Shown here: piece by piece, positions 14,645 through 51,949 of the stretch
Numbering within the stretch: position 1 is the stretch's first letter
Layout: each line of letters begins with the position of its first letter
DNA from: Hormiphora californensis
Lineage: Eukaryota; Animalia; Ctenophora
Assembly (NCBI GenBank): GCA_020137815.1
Contig: CM035351.1
Span: forward strand, 2,976,001 to 3,040,000
Reading direction: 5' to 3'
Length of the DNA: 64,000 nt
Program-made: the position numbers and the translations under genes
Notes under the pieces: model-generated
Told to the model about the DNA's origin: nothing
The model's database searches: none
Seen by the model: only the letters and a program-made list of their open reading frames with translations

Positions 14645-15448
14645 ATTGGTACGTAGTATAACTACATAGGTTTATTAAAATGATTATAGCATTATATATT
14701 GTTATTGGTTCTGTGAACAAAAGTAGAGGGTGTGTGCGTGTGTGAGAGGTTGATATCTTCGTTCTTCAGGAGAAAGGATGTACAGAGTCGGAGTCGTGGT
14801 ACGGGACAAAATGTGAGAGAGAGTGCTTTTGAGAGCTTTTTATTAGTATTATATTATATACATACAACATAATGAGTCATATATTATATAAACTGGATGT
14901 AAAACAAACCTACTAAAACATGATATATTTTGTTGGTGCATTGTGTGGTAGAGGTATTGGTCAAATCAAACCTAATATATCCTTTTTTAAACACAGCGAT
15001 TGTCCCCATACGTTATTATGAAATACTATTATTATTATACATTCAAGAGAATAGATATAGCGGCTTTCTGAGTTATACCATTGTTACTGTATCTCACCTG
15101 TTATTGAACTTTTCAAATTCGGTCTATAAATTCTCCCATACATCTCTGGGTTTTCAACAGCGGAGAAACCGGTTTATGTTGGCAAAATATGTGCCACAAT
15201 CTTTGAATTCTCGTTAAAATTAAATCTGACTGCCACTGATTGGCTATCTGTCTCTCTCTTGCATGTCTCTCTCTCTATCTCTCTCTCTGTTCTCCTTCTC
15301 TCTCTCTCTCTCTAACCTTGCATGTTCCTCAGCTTGTCCCCTCAGCAGCTTGGTACACTCACTCTATAAATGGTATGTGTTGAAATGCATGGTGCCTGCA
15401 CACCACCACACCCCGCCGCCCCAGATCGCTCTCATCCCCCATTCTCAG

Positions 15449-15822
15449 CAGTGGTTCCAAGTGGAGGACCGCGGAACACGGCCGCCACTACCAAGGCATT
15501 CCAGTGCGAGGAGTGTCCCAGGTCGTATAGTAGTAAGTATGCGTTGGTGAGGCATGCCCGGCAACACACAAACAGCCACCTGCGGGCGTGTGTCTTCTGC
15601 GGGAGGACAAGTACACGTGCGGATATAATCAGGGTTCACATGATGAACTGTGTTAAGAAGTATGTGAAGGCACCCTCACCGGCCGAGAAGGAGGTGGTGG
15701 TGGCCCCTGTAGCCGGTCTACAGGACCCCGCTCAGTATCTCCTGGCCATTACCAAACTGATGGAGGAACAGGCGGCAGCGGGGAGCAGCAGCTCTGCCGA
15801 ACAGGTCCAGGGTGACTCCTAA
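15449..15822 (+). CDS. Two-zinc-finger terminal exon C (C2H2 + C2HC)
   Basis: Encodes CEEC..HARQHTN then CVFC..HMMNC. Acceptor attctcAG at 15447-15448 (phase 1, NAGNAG). Possible upstream 27-nt phase 1-1 microexon 15346-15372 ending at GTATGT. An in-frame ATG at 15370 is an alternative start. AATAAA at 16387-16392. Confidence 0.85.
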
Positions 15823-17279
15823 AACTTGGAGAGAGTGAGAAATCTCACAAACTGGGAGTGAGAATGTGAGCTATTATATGGGTTAATTGTGAGCGAGTCA
15901 GACAGTTTCTAGGGTCTTAGCACTTGGCTGTATATATATTCGAGGGACTCCTTTGGTGTCCTGAATTAGGAATTAGAAAACAAAAGAGCTAGAAAGTGAC
16001 CGAATCGTGAAGAACACTGACAGATATAATCGCGGAGTAGGTTTAGCATGACGACGTGATGAAAGAGATATCAAATACTCCCAGTAAAAATACTGTGGAA
16101 AATATAAATTTATAATGAGAGATGATACTGTTTGATATATATCTAGTTTGGTAGATCTAAACGGATAAATCTACTGATCTCTTATTGAGTAAGAGGTGGT
16201 TCTCATCTCTTTTAGTTAACTAAATAACTGACTAAAAGACGAATATATGTTTATTTTTAGGTAGGAATTACTTTAGATTTACTTTATTGTATAGTCTAAT
16301 TCTTGAGATTAAGTTAGTTGTGTGTGTGTGTGGGTGGAGAGTGGAGTTTTTATACGTAGCTATATTCTTTAACTGTATAAAAATAGAATAAAAGCCCTTG
16401 TTTACAAGATATATCCGCACTGACCTGTGTGGATAGCTTTAGTTATAATAGCTTTTGAATCTATTTTATAAAAATATAAACCTCGGGCTTCTCTTTTTAA
16501 TCTTTTATCAATTTCTATATTGTTTTACTAATAATGTTGGTCTTTTTAGATGCCGAGTTTTAATATCTTCCTCTATAGTCTCTAAGCCCATATTTTAGAT
16601 TTTTTCAAAGGAATCTAAAATGTGTTGAAGCTTACGAATGTTCTCTAGTTTGTGTGTGTCAATAATGTTCATTTTCTGTCTGTTTACATGTTTGTATCTC
16701 TGTCTGTGTGTCAGTTTGTCAGTGTCTTCCTCCCTAACTATTCCTCAGTTAACCCAACTTGATCATGCACCGTGTGATCCATCATCCCAAGAAGACGAGA
16801 AGCCGATCCCTGCACTTTTGATCTGAGAGAGAAAGAAGATTTTGATTTAAAAGCACCCTTTCCCCACTATTGGTAAGTTGAACTGTGTGTTTTGTGATTT
16901 AGTAGGACTCTTTTATTCTTAGAATGAGTGAAACTGAGTGCTGCAAATAGACAATGTAGGAAGGGTGCCTCAAGATAAATGTCTTCGAAAACTATAGGGA
17001 TATTAAACATGGGACTGGCATGGTACGGCTACATACAGTCATTGATAGAAATTGAGGCTTAGTGGGCTGATATGTATATTGACACGTCTGCTAGGTGGCG
17101 TGTTCCCGGCGTGTTACTTCCTTGTTAATGTTGGACACTGGGCAACAAAAAAGTGATATCTCACTTTCGTAGCTATACAATTGATAGGAAAATATCAGAA
17201 AATTATCCCAGATTATTCCCATGGCCCCTACCAACTAACCCCTCACACCAACACTAACACTCCACCCATTTTCCCTCAG

Positions 17280-17467
17280 AGCGGTCTAAGAGGAGGATAG
17301 CCTGCCACATCTGTGGGAAGACGTTCTCAGTAGCGTGCAGCCTGAACCGTCACCTGAGAATACACGTTGGATTCCGAGTCTCCTGTCCAGTGTGTCACGC
17401 TCTATTCTCAAGGAGAGACAACCTTATGAGTCACTTCAGAAAGGCTCATGCCTCCGTTTTCAAGTGA
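17280..17467 (+). CDS. Two-zinc-finger terminal exon D (C2H2 + C2H2), missed by the ORF track
   Basis: Acceptor ttccctcAG at 17278-17279 (phase 1). Hand translation: RSKRRIACHICGKTFSVACSLNRHLRIHVGFRVSCPVCHALFSRRDNLMSHFRKAHASVFK*. Confidence 0.85.
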
Positions 17468-17716
17468 CTTGTTGTGTGGACAATATAAATTCAATTGAGT
17501 ATCTCTTGAAAGAGATAATTGAGAGATAATTTCCCGGGAGAGAGAAGGACTAGAACATCTGATGAGATTGAGAAATGAGAGTGCTTGACATTTCGTTTGT
17601 GAACATTTTGGTGCCCCTAATTCTTGTGTACAACAGGGGGGGTCGTCATGTTAATGTTAATGTTTCATGAAAATTTTAACAAGATTGATTGCATTATGTT
17701 CTAACATAATGCTGAA

Positions 17717-18119
17717 TTTCCCTGCCGTGTGAATCTATGAAGAAAGGAAATCATGACTAGATCCGCTATAGCAGCGAGCGGGACACAAAATCCCGATCAT
17801 TTATATATCATACAAACAGTATAGAGCAAATCCTTGTGTTTTAGTAGCACTAAATTGAGCGCCACGCCGCCACATTGCGCGCCACACATTTCCTGAAAAC
17901 GTGCCAATGAAGTGGTTTATGAAGGAGCAGCTCGTAACTGTGTGCGCGGCTCTAGTTGCTACACCGTTGCCCTCGCAACGAAAGTGTGACCAAAATGGTC
18001 CCTCTACCGATTAGTTAGTATACCAAAATGTCGTTTTCGAATTCTAACCCTGCTATGCCTTTTTACAAAGTAAAAAGGCATCCGGGTGAATGCCTTCGGC
18101 ATTCACCCGGGCAGGGAAA
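17717..18119. mobile_element. Nested small element with sub-TIR and terminal hairpin (Helentron-like)
   Basis: tttccctgccgtgtgaat ... attcacccgggcagggaaa. 13-bp-stem hairpin at 18082-18110. Confidence 0.55.
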
Positions 18120-18415
18120 AAATGTTAACATTAACATTATTAACATTATTAACATTATTAACATTATTAACAAAAAAAGAAGCTTTTTTAAGTCTTTTTG
18201 AAGCTTTTAATCCCGCTTTAATAGATCATTTGCGTTATTTTTGACAATATTATACGTACTACCCATCCAATCAACACTGATATACAGTCGAACCCCGATT
18301 TAATGGCCCCCGATTTAGTGGCACCCCCGATTTAGTGGCAGGATTTTTTCCCCAAAAATTTTTTTGAATTTTTTTTTGTGAATTTTTTTTGAATTTTTTT
18401 GACCCGCCACTAGTT

Positions 18416-19556
18416 GCGGTAATATGACGAAAATTTTCGGCATAATCGTTCTAAAGCTAATTCCACTTCTAGGGTACTCTATAGGGTCCCTAGAATCAAC
18501 CCCTGAAGTTGTCGCAAGATCGGCGATGAAGAACTTGCCTTAATTGGGCCTAATTGGTTACAGGGTGCTTTCAGCCTGAAGCCAAAACCATAAGTACCCT
18601 TAAAATAGGAGTATAGACAAAACCGAGGGCACTAAAGTGATCAGCGTCCTCGCATTAGTGGGGGTAGGTGCTGGAATTAAGTCTCTATCTCATCTGGTTA
18701 ATTAGTTAATTGGATAATTAGATCTGCACATAGCCGTTTTCGGCCATATGGCTATAGCCACTTAGGAATGGTTTAGAGATATTTCACGGGTGCCATCTTG
18801 TAGACAATGGCCAAGTGTGGGTGGTCGACGTCGGACTTTTATGCTCTATCTCCAACCGTTTAGCCGTTATTTGGTTTGCTCAAAATCGGGCTTTTTTACC
18901 GTTTTTTTTGCTCATTTTGAGCACCTTTAAAGCCAAATAACGGCTAAACGGTTGGAGATAGAGCTTAAAAGTCCGACGTCGACCCCCCATAACTTGGCCA
19001 TTGTCTACAAGATGGCACCAGTGAAATGTCTCTAAACCATTCCTAAGTGGCTACAGCCATATGGCCGAAAACGGCTATGTGCAGATCTAATTATCAAATT
19101 AACTAATTAACCAAATGAGATAGAGACTTAATTCCAGCACCTACCCCCACTAATGCGAGGACGCTGACCATTTTAGTGCCCTCGGTTTTGTCTCTACTCC
19201 TTTCCTAACATAGCTATAGCCATATGGCCAAAAACGGCTATGCGCAGAGCTGATTATCCAATTATCTGATTAACCAGATGAGATAGAGACTTAATTCCAG
19301 CACCTACCCCCACTAATGCGAGGACGCTGATCACTTTAGTGCCCTCGGTTTTGTCTCTACTCCTATTTTAAGGGTATTTATGGTTTTGGCTTCAGGCTGA
19401 AAGCACCCTGTAACCAATCAGGCCCAATTAATACAATTTCTTTATCGCCGATCTTGCGACAACTTCAGGGGTTGTTTCTAGGGACCCTATAGAGCATCCT
19501 AGAAGTGGAATTAGCTTTAGAACGATTATGCCGAAAAATTTTCGTCATATTACCGC
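18416..19556. repeat. Giant foldback palindrome (~460-bp left arm; right arm has an extra internal duplication)
   Basis: gcggtaatatgacgaaaattttcggcataatcg... is mirrored by ...cgattatgccgaaaaattttcgtcatattaccgc. The centre is near 18880-18925. Confidence 0.9.
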
Positions 19557-20279
19557 ACTATTTATACATTAAACTGGTGTTCTTTACTCGTATACCCCTC
19601 CTTTGTTATAATGACCCTTTTCTTACCTCAAAACCTTTGATGAAATACAAACAATTATCCTGGCTATGAAATATCTGCCATGGGAGATAGTGAGTTTATG
19701 ATAGAACCACCTAAACACACCTAAAAACACATAAAACAGCTATAAACCGACTAAAAACATCTGAAACGCGATTTTTGTTAATTTTGTTAATTTTGTTAAT
19801 TTTGTTAATGTTTCACCAAGGGTCGTTTGTTAATTAACAAAACATTAACAAAATTAACATGACGACCCCCCCGTACAACAAAACCCCGACTTTTTAGAAT
19901 TCCTAACTCTGATGAGGGCGACTTTTATTCCTCCATGATGGAGTCCGTGACTTGTTGAATAAGAGAGATCCTCCACCCCTTTCTCAACAATCCATGACCC
20001 CGACACTAAATTTAAAGTGTCCCTCTTTGTACCCCTCTTTCTAAAGTGGGGATCCCGTACATTTAAAAGCCCTGTTTATACCTTAAAAGTCGCCCTCCTC
20101 AAACTGAACATATAGAAATACACAGCGGTTGGGGGACCCCAGCTAACAACATATGTGTGACGTCAATCAGGGGTCACATAAAACAAGTACTTTTGGTAGG
20201 TCATGAAAGCAAGCATTGTCAGCTTTTAACATGACCTACCTTTTCATGACCTACCTTTTGTCTATCCGTCAAATCTGTT

Positions 20280-20592
20280 TTTCTCTTGTTTGTTTGTTTG
20301 TCTGTTTTTCTGTCTGACTTTCTGTCTAACTTTCTGTCTGTCTGTACATATCTGCCTGTCCTGTCAGAGCATTGGCCTGATCCTTTTCTCATTTCTTCTA
20401 CACGCGGAGCGTGAGAGAACTGTGGTCAGAGCATGAGCATTGGCCTGACAGTGTCTGTCCATGTCTGTCTGTCTGTATTTTATGCCTGTCTGTCTGTCTG
20501 TGTCTGTCTGTCTGTTTGTTTGTATGTCTGTCTGTCCGTCCATATTTGTCTGTCTGTCTGTATTTATGTCTGTCTGTCTGTCTGTCTGTCTT

Positions 20593-20633
<41 letters not shown>

Positions 20634-21270
20634 ATGTATGTCTGTATGTATGTATGTCTGTTTCATTGTCTGTCTGTCTGACTTTCTGTCTGTATGTGGG
20701 CTGTATGTCCATGTCTTCTGTATGTCTGTCTGTATCTGTCCATATCTGTCTATCTGTCCATATCTGTCTGTCTATCTTTCTGTATGTGACTCTGTCTGTC
20801 TGTTTCATTGTCTGTATGACTTTCTGATTGTCCATGTCTTCTGTATTTCTGTTCATGTCTGTCTGTCTGTCTGTCTGTATGTCTGTCTCTCTGTCTGTCT
20901 CTCTGTCTGTCGTTCTGCAGAGCTCTTTCTGTCCGTTCAGAATACTTGCATCCTCTCAATTTCTCAGGAGAATAAGGGGATTCAATGTCTGTCTGTTTGT
21001 CCGTCAGCTCACGCCCATCTGTCTTTATATGGTTTTGTTGTTGGACTGTTTCATGAGACAGACCGATACACATGTATGTTTTTCTGTCAGTCTGACTCAA
21101 TATTTCTGTCTGTGTCTGTATATTCGTTTGCCTGTCTGTCTGTGTAGTGTGTACTCTAATACAATCGCCTGTCTACTAGACAGTCTAGTGTCTAGTGTCT
21201 AGCGGCACCGACCCGATCTGAGTACTGACAGTCTGTCTTTTGTTTGACTGTCTGTCTGTATGTCTGTCAC
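20280..21270. repeat. Degenerate (TGTC)n microsatellite field
   Basis: Directly visible. It produces the spurious CLSV/DRQT ORFs. Confidence 0.95.
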
Positions 21271-21769
21271 ACACATGCAAACCCAAACTGACAGAAACCC
21301 AAAACACACCTGTATGGCGGCGCCATACCCCATTTGATTCTCAAACGACGCGACAGTGTGCTCAGATGGGGTCGCGGCGTCAGGCAGAAACACATGCAGT
21401 GTGTCTGTCTGAGCCCCGCTGAGTTTCTTTTAGTCTGAGTTTCTGTCTGCCTGACTGAATTTTTGTCACTGTCAGGCTGGGTTTCTGTTTCTGTGTCGGT
21501 TTGGCCCAACAACTTTGTATTGTTGGGTTTGCTTGTGTGATTGTCTGAGTTTTGAGATACAGCTCATGTCCCGTGTTTATGATTCCGGAGAAAGAAATAT
21601 TGTCACAAATTACTGTTGTTAAAAGTTAAAAAATGTACAATTACAACACACGCAATGATTCAAAAAAATACCACGTGTGCACTCGGTTTAAATAAAAGAA
21701 ATTGTGCAGTGTAGATAACTTTAGTTTTGTTCAATTACTATGATGATGAATAGAATATACACATAGATA

Positions 21770-21910
21770 CAGTCGGACCCCGATTTACCGAGAGGATAAA
21801 CTTCCCCCGATATGGGAAAATAACGGTATTTGACCACGATATACCGGGCACCCCGATTTACCAGGCAAAACCCTTTTCCCCGAGCATCCTGGTAAATCGG
21901 GGTCCGACTG
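21770..21910. mobile_element. Tc1/pogo-type MITE with TA TSD
   Basis: TA|cagtcggaccccgatttacc ... ggtaaatcggggtccgactg|TA. A related end (tacagtcgaaccccgattta) lies at ~18283. Confidence 0.88.
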
Positions 21911-22250
21911 TATCTTAATTTTAGCTCATACTCACAAGAAGTACTGGACAATTATTCAGGTGTTTAACCCAACGAGCGAATACCGGTACGGAATAAATGA
22001 CTCTTTTCGGTACAATTCAGGATATGATTTTACTATCTGACTCTCAAAATTAGGAAAATAAACTTCACAAAAATATTCTTCTGAAAATGAGAAAACCTAT
22101 TCATTTTCAATAACACAATCTTTATCTTTCGATTTATTTTAAGTAAAAACTAAAAGAACATCAATTCTTCAAGGTTCAACATTAACAGAACTCCTAAAAC
22201 ATCCTAGACCCTATTCCTAAACAAACCTCCCCTTAGTACTAAGTACTCGT

Positions 22251-22378
<128 letters not shown>

Positions 22379-22711
22379 TCTCTCTCTCTCTCTCCCTCGT
22401 TTTCTCTCTCTCCCTATGTAAAGATTAACTCAGTTTGTACAAGTGTCACGGGTAAAAGCAAGTATCCAATGCAATAAATAGTGTCCATACACGATCAAAT
22501 AAACGGCAAAAACGGGTGGTAGCCAGGCCCCAAACTCGTTATATATATTATCTTCAGAAAACTGTCCAATGTCATGTGTGGCCTGGCGGAATTGCACCAT
22601 ATATGTCTTGTCTTGAATATGATCGGCTGTAGATTTTGATAGATATCCAGATCCACAATATAATTAACTCCATCTTTCTTTACTAGTGTCATGTTAGTCA
22701 CACATTGTTTC

Positions 22712-46538
<23,827 letters not shown>

Positions 46539-47540
46539 GTTGAGCTAAGGAAGGAAATTGCAGTTTCGAGACAGATTAAATAATCCTGGCCGGAGAAAAT
46601 GGAAATGCTGCTTATAAATAGGATTCTTTTGAGCGAAGGCCGGCGCAATGACTAGTCAAGTTGTTCTCTATCTCTCTCTGCTTATTCTTTCTCTTCTTCT
46701 ATTTCTCAGTTATTCATCGGTTATGCATGACTGCCAAGTGCTCAAGTCATGTCAAACTGGACGAACTCATTAGGCAGAATCGTTTAATAAACAAATTGTG
46801 AGCAGGCTTTGTTGAGTAAGGGGTGTGCCTAAATTTGCAGCCAATGAAACACATTTAAACGTTTATTATCTATGAAAAAGAGACAAGTTTTCAATAATTA
46901 TACCCAGGCATGAGACTACTGGGTCTTAGGCAATGGTGAATGGCATCAAGTATCAACAACTGCAAACAGGTTACATAAATGCTCTCATAGGAGTGCAGGA
47001 ACTAGTACGCCCCGGAGGCTGCGAAGCAGAGGAAAGGGTCAGGGTAACCAAAGGGACTGGAAACTTTTTAACATTCAATAATAAAAATAGGGTTTTAGAT
47101 TCAACATCACCTTGCATGCATTATTTAATGGGTCAGCAACAAATGTTAACAGCAAATGTAATTAGTATTGATCTCACTTAAGACACACTAGAGTCGACAG
47201 TTCACTATCACATAGGCGCAAAAAGTGTCTGGCGTCTGGTTGGGAAACGCTGCTGGCCCCCGCAACGCGGGATAAGACAGCGCTTTTCAAGTAAAAGAAG
47301 AAAAAGTAAAAACAGAAAAAAGAAAAAGGAAAGGAAAAAATGTCGTTAAAATTTTAAATTATTTCGTTGCGGGTGACGCGCAAGCGGTATGCAGCGCATG
47401 CCAACTTTACGGATCGGCGCCGCGCGCGACCTGTTTCGGGATTTTCAAACTTGTGGAAATTTTGAAATTTGTTACGAGTTTTTCTTGGAATGCGCTGCAG
47501 CCCCCTCATGCGCGCACCCCCGCAACGTTATTATTATAAG

Positions 47541-47762
47541 TAGTGGAAGCTCTTACGGTAATTCCCACGCCCCGTGGGAAAGTTTTCGACCGTGGGAAAG
47601 TTTTCAAAGCGTGGGAAAAGAGAGATACATACAATAACATTAAAAAAATAATTATTTTTTTAAAGTTATTGTATGTATCTCTCTTTTCCCACGCTTTGAA
47701 AACTTTCCCACGGTCAAAAACTTTCCCACGGGGCGTGGGAATTACCGTAAGAGCTTCCACTA
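47541..47762. mobile_element. 222-bp near-perfect palindromic MITE, TA-flanked, containing eight CGTGGGAA motifs
   Basis: tagtggaagctcttacggtaattcccacg ... cgtgggaattaccgtaagagcttccacta. Confidence 0.88.
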
Positions 47763-47928
47763 AAGGGGCCTGCAACGTATGCCAAGAGTTTTTCAAAAAT
47801 CGCTCTCTGATTTGTTGTGTCGCCTGCCACGGGTCACTGTAAACTGTTTCTGTATGTGTGGCATTCTGCTGAAATTTATCGATTATAATATGAAATATTT
47901 TGTAATCTGTACAGCGATTTTCTAGGAA

Positions 47929-50757
47929 ATGCAAGTCAAGAAAAAGAGGAAAGTTGTTTCAGACGATGTTCTACTGTCCTACTCTCGTGACAGTTATCTG
48001 GAGGAGCAGCTAAATCAACTCTACTCTAGTATAGACGGGACCTGTACCTCCTCATCAGTCGAAACTGTTACTTCCTTCTTGAAATCACTGAAAGCAACCA
48101 AAAAGAAATCGATAGCAGAGGTTGTTGCTGGGAAAAAGAAATCTCCATTCCCGGACTGGTTAACTGTTCCAAATGGAGTTTTCAAGTTTGCCCCTCCCGA
48201 GAGAGTAGAACTTGCTGGCGGTATGGCTTGTGGAAGTTTGGTAAAAAGTAGGTCTGAGGTAGATCTTCTAGTTCTCATCCCAGACTCAGTATTCCAGGAG
48301 AAAGACTACATAAATGCTCGGTATAGCTGTAAACGGTTACTGTACCTCAATCACTTGTCTCTAAAACTAAGCAAGACACTAGACATTGTGAAACGTTGTT
48401 CGTTAGTAGGAGATGATGTGCTTTGTCAGACACTAAAAGTAACACTGAACACTGGGGAGGTCTTCCACCTGATACCAGTCATATCGGAGAGTGTGTTCAA
48501 GGTCAGCCAGCTGGAGGCAGATAAGAATTGTATCCGGCCAGCCAAGGTGTTCTCATCTGGTAGTTGTACTGAAGTCTCCACTCCTCACTACAACTCAACT
48601 GTTGTGTCTGATATCCTATCTGAGAAGATCTTATCGTTCTTCCCAGTTGTTGCAGGGAGCACTAATCTGCAGAAAGCCCATGCCCTTCTGAAGGTATGGT
48701 GTAGAAGGAAGGGGTTGGTGATCACATCTCATGATCTTCTGGTTCTAATGGAAGGGTTCTATTCAGCAGGTGTTATCACTCAGGACACCCCACTTTTGAC
48801 AGTGCTAAAACAAATCTGGGGTGCCTTACCAGGGCTGAAGAGGCTGGATGAAAACCAGAAAGCAGAGACAGATCTCCACACACGGGACATACTAAACGCT
48901 AAGGAATCAAACTTGGCTGCTGTGTTTACCGAGCCCATCTTATCACCACTCCAACAATACGATGTAGTATACACCATCTCTAGCCCAGTTCCAACTGAGA
49001 GGATACCACTCGAGGACAGGTTGCAGTTTGTTGGGGATCCAGTAGCAGGAGCGGTCACATTGATCCATCGTACACTAACTGCTGCCTACACAGACAGGGT
49101 CCATAGAGTCAAGGTTTGGAGCGAGGGAGAGAGGATACGGATAGCACTGATCATCAACAAAGCCAACTCAACCCGTCAAATTGACAAGGGTCCCCCTGCC
49201 GATGACAGAGAGGGAGGGGTGCAATTTAGGGCGTTTTGGGGTGATAAAAGTGATGTTCGAAGGTTCCAGGATGGTTCCATTGTGCTCGCTGTTCTGTGGT
49301 CTGGTGAGACAGCCGGCGATCGGAGGAGTATTGTTAACCAAATAACAGGATATGTTCTAGAGCGACATGTAGGAGTGAGTGATGTGGAGGAGATGAGTAT
49401 TGACACATCATCACTTCTCTCCGCCTCCTGGTATAAAGGAGAGGGGGACGAGCAGGCGCACAAAATCAAAAGTGCATTTGCTGATTTGAGTAAGATACTC
49501 CGGTCTCTCAACCAGGTGCCTCTATCAATAACATCTCTAATCGCAACATCCCCTGCCCTCCGTCATACACAACTGTATCCTGAGCAGCAGTATTCCAACA
49601 CCGTTACAGGACGACCTGTTAGGGTCCATGAGATAGTGGGGAAGTTTGAGGCGAGTGGAAAATGGCCAGAGGATGTACGAGCTATACTGAGGTTGAGAAC
49701 AGCCTTCTATCTGGCTATAAAGGAGGAATTGAAGAGTCTGCACATTACCGCTAAAGTGAACCCTGATTATCTGGATATAGCTCGGGATGGTTTCATTTTC
49801 AGGCTCCGATTCTTTGTTCAGAAGGAGGCAAAACTCCGTGATTCAAACATCTCATTCTGGCAACCGTCTACAGGGGAGGAGCTGCGTTGTCAAATGGAGA
49901 GGACACCTTATGTAACTGCTCACCTAGGCAGTCTGTGTAGTGAGCACCCTGCTATGCCCCTGACTGCTAGGTTGTTGAAGAGATGGATTAGTGGCCACCA
50001 CCTCTCTCTCCGTGTCCCAGAGCTATTCTGTGAGATGGTCACTGCCTATCTCTTCCTTACCTCAGAACACCCTCCTCTAACCTCAACTGCTGGATTCTTC
50101 CGCCTGTTGTGCCTCCTAGCCTCCCACGACTGGCAACTGTACCCTCTTGTTCTCAACTTTAGGGAAGAACTCTCTGCTGAACTTCTAACCAAGTTAGATA
50201 ACTTTATAACTGATAGAAAGCAGTATCCCTCTGCAGCTATTGTGTGTCCTGGGAATGAGGGATCCGAGCTAACTGTGGCATCCCCGGATAAGAGAACCCT
50301 GGGTCTGCTGACTCGCCTGGCAGAGCAGTCCTTGAAACACACGGGGGAGATGGGCGAGATCTTCCAGTCGGATCTGAGATCGTCTTGTAATGCCCTAATT
50401 CACCTGAAATCTCTCACTAAAGAGGTTACTGGTAGCGTCAGACACCACTCTAAGGGGAGTTATTTCCCAGGATCCGTTGGGTTCGATCCCCCTGCACGGT
50501 ATGTCTCCGATCTCACAGCTGCGTATGGGGAGATGTTTAGTTTTCTGTACAGTGAAGGGAATCCTGAAGTAGTCGGGGTGGTGTGTCGAGTGAGCGGGGT
50601 AGAGGAGAGCAAGTTTACCGTCAACAAGAGTCAACTGAGGTGTCCTGTTGGTGAGGAAATGATGGTGAAGTATAATTTAGATGCTGCCCTCTCTGATTTT
50701 ACACTCCTGGGTAAGGGACTGGTGAAGAGTGTCGAGGTACTAAAGATGGATGTTTGA
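47929..50757 (+). CDS. NOL6: Nucleolar protein 6 / UTP22 (Nrap domain), intronless
   Basis: 942 aa ORF with FQEKDYINARY..KRLLYL, TPHYNS, FRAFWGDKSDVRRFQDGSI and FEASGKWPED motifs typical of Utp22/NOL6. Confidence 0.93.
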   Translation: MQVKKKRKVVSDDVLLSYSRDSYLEEQLNQLYSSIDGTCTSSSVETVTSFLKSLKATKKKSIAEVVAGKKKSPFPDWLTVPNGVFKFAPPERVELAGGMACGSLVKSRSEVDLLVLIPDSVFQEKDYINARYSCKRLLYLNHLSLKLSKTLDIVKRCSLVGDDVLCQTLKVTLNTGEVFHLIPVISESVFKVSQLEADKNCIRPAKVFSSGSCTEVSTPHYNSTVVSDILSEKILSFFPVVAGSTNLQKAHALLKVWCRRKGLVITSHDLLVLMEGFYSAGVITQDTPLLTVLKQIWGALPGLKRLDENQKAETDLHTRDILNAKESNLAAVFTEPILSPLQQYDVVYTISSPVPTERIPLEDRLQFVGDPVAGAVTLIHRTLTAAYTDRVHRVKVWSEGERIRIALIINKANSTRQIDKGPPADDREGGVQFRAFWGDKSDVRRFQDGSIVLAVLWSGETAGDRRSIVNQITGYVLERHVGVSDVEEMSIDTSSLLSASWYKGEGDEQAHKIKSAFADLSKILRSLNQVPLSITSLIATSPALRHTQLYPEQQYSNTVTGRPVRVHEIVGKFEASGKWPEDVRAILRLRTAFYLAIKEELKSLHITAKVNPDYLDIARDGFIFRLRFFVQKEAKLRDSNISFWQPSTGEELRCQMERTPYVTAHLGSLCSEHPAMPLTARLLKRWISGHHLSLRVPELFCEMVTAYLFLTSEHPPLTSTAGFFRLLCLLASHDWQLYPLVLNFREELSAELLTKLDNFITDRKQYPSAAIVCPGNEGSELTVASPDKRTLGLLTRLAEQSLKHTGEMGEIFQSDLRSSCNALIHLKSLTKEVTGSVRHHSKGSYFPGSVGFDPPARYVSDLTAAYGEMFSFLYSEGNPEVVGVVCRVSGVEESKFTVNKSQLRCPVGEEMMVKYNLDAALSDFTLLGKGLVKSVEVLKMDV

Positions 50758-50906
50758 GAGGGAAAATGTGTGGTGAAACTCTGATATGGATATTATGGAA
50801 CTATTTTTTACAACCGGTTTTAACTTATTGATCTGGGTACTCTCGTAATTTATTGACACTTTATTTTAGAACACACTGTTTCTCTCTCTCCCTCTTCATT
50901 TGTTAA

Positions 50907-51949
<1,043 letters not shown>

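Larger units (their letters stand above)
17636..19872. mobile_element. Composite non-autonomous DNA transposon with 8-bp TSD (GTACAACA)
   Basis: TIR gggggggtcgtcatgttaat ... attaacatgacgaccccccc. GTACAACA at 17628-17635 and 19873-19880. Internal 9-mer arrays (ttaacatta, ttttgttaa). Confidence 0.88.

Noticed and set aside
20364-21202. Overlapping ORFs of 82-228 aa
   Set aside because: Translations of the (TGTC)n microsatellite.
47506-47934. Two opposite-strand ORFs with the same peptide (EALTVIPTPRGKVFDRGK)
   Set aside because: A consequence of the 222-bp palindrome, not coding.
48021-50634. Antisense ORFs within NOL6 (and within GALNT and ACSL)
   Set aside because: Shadow frames of real coding sequence.
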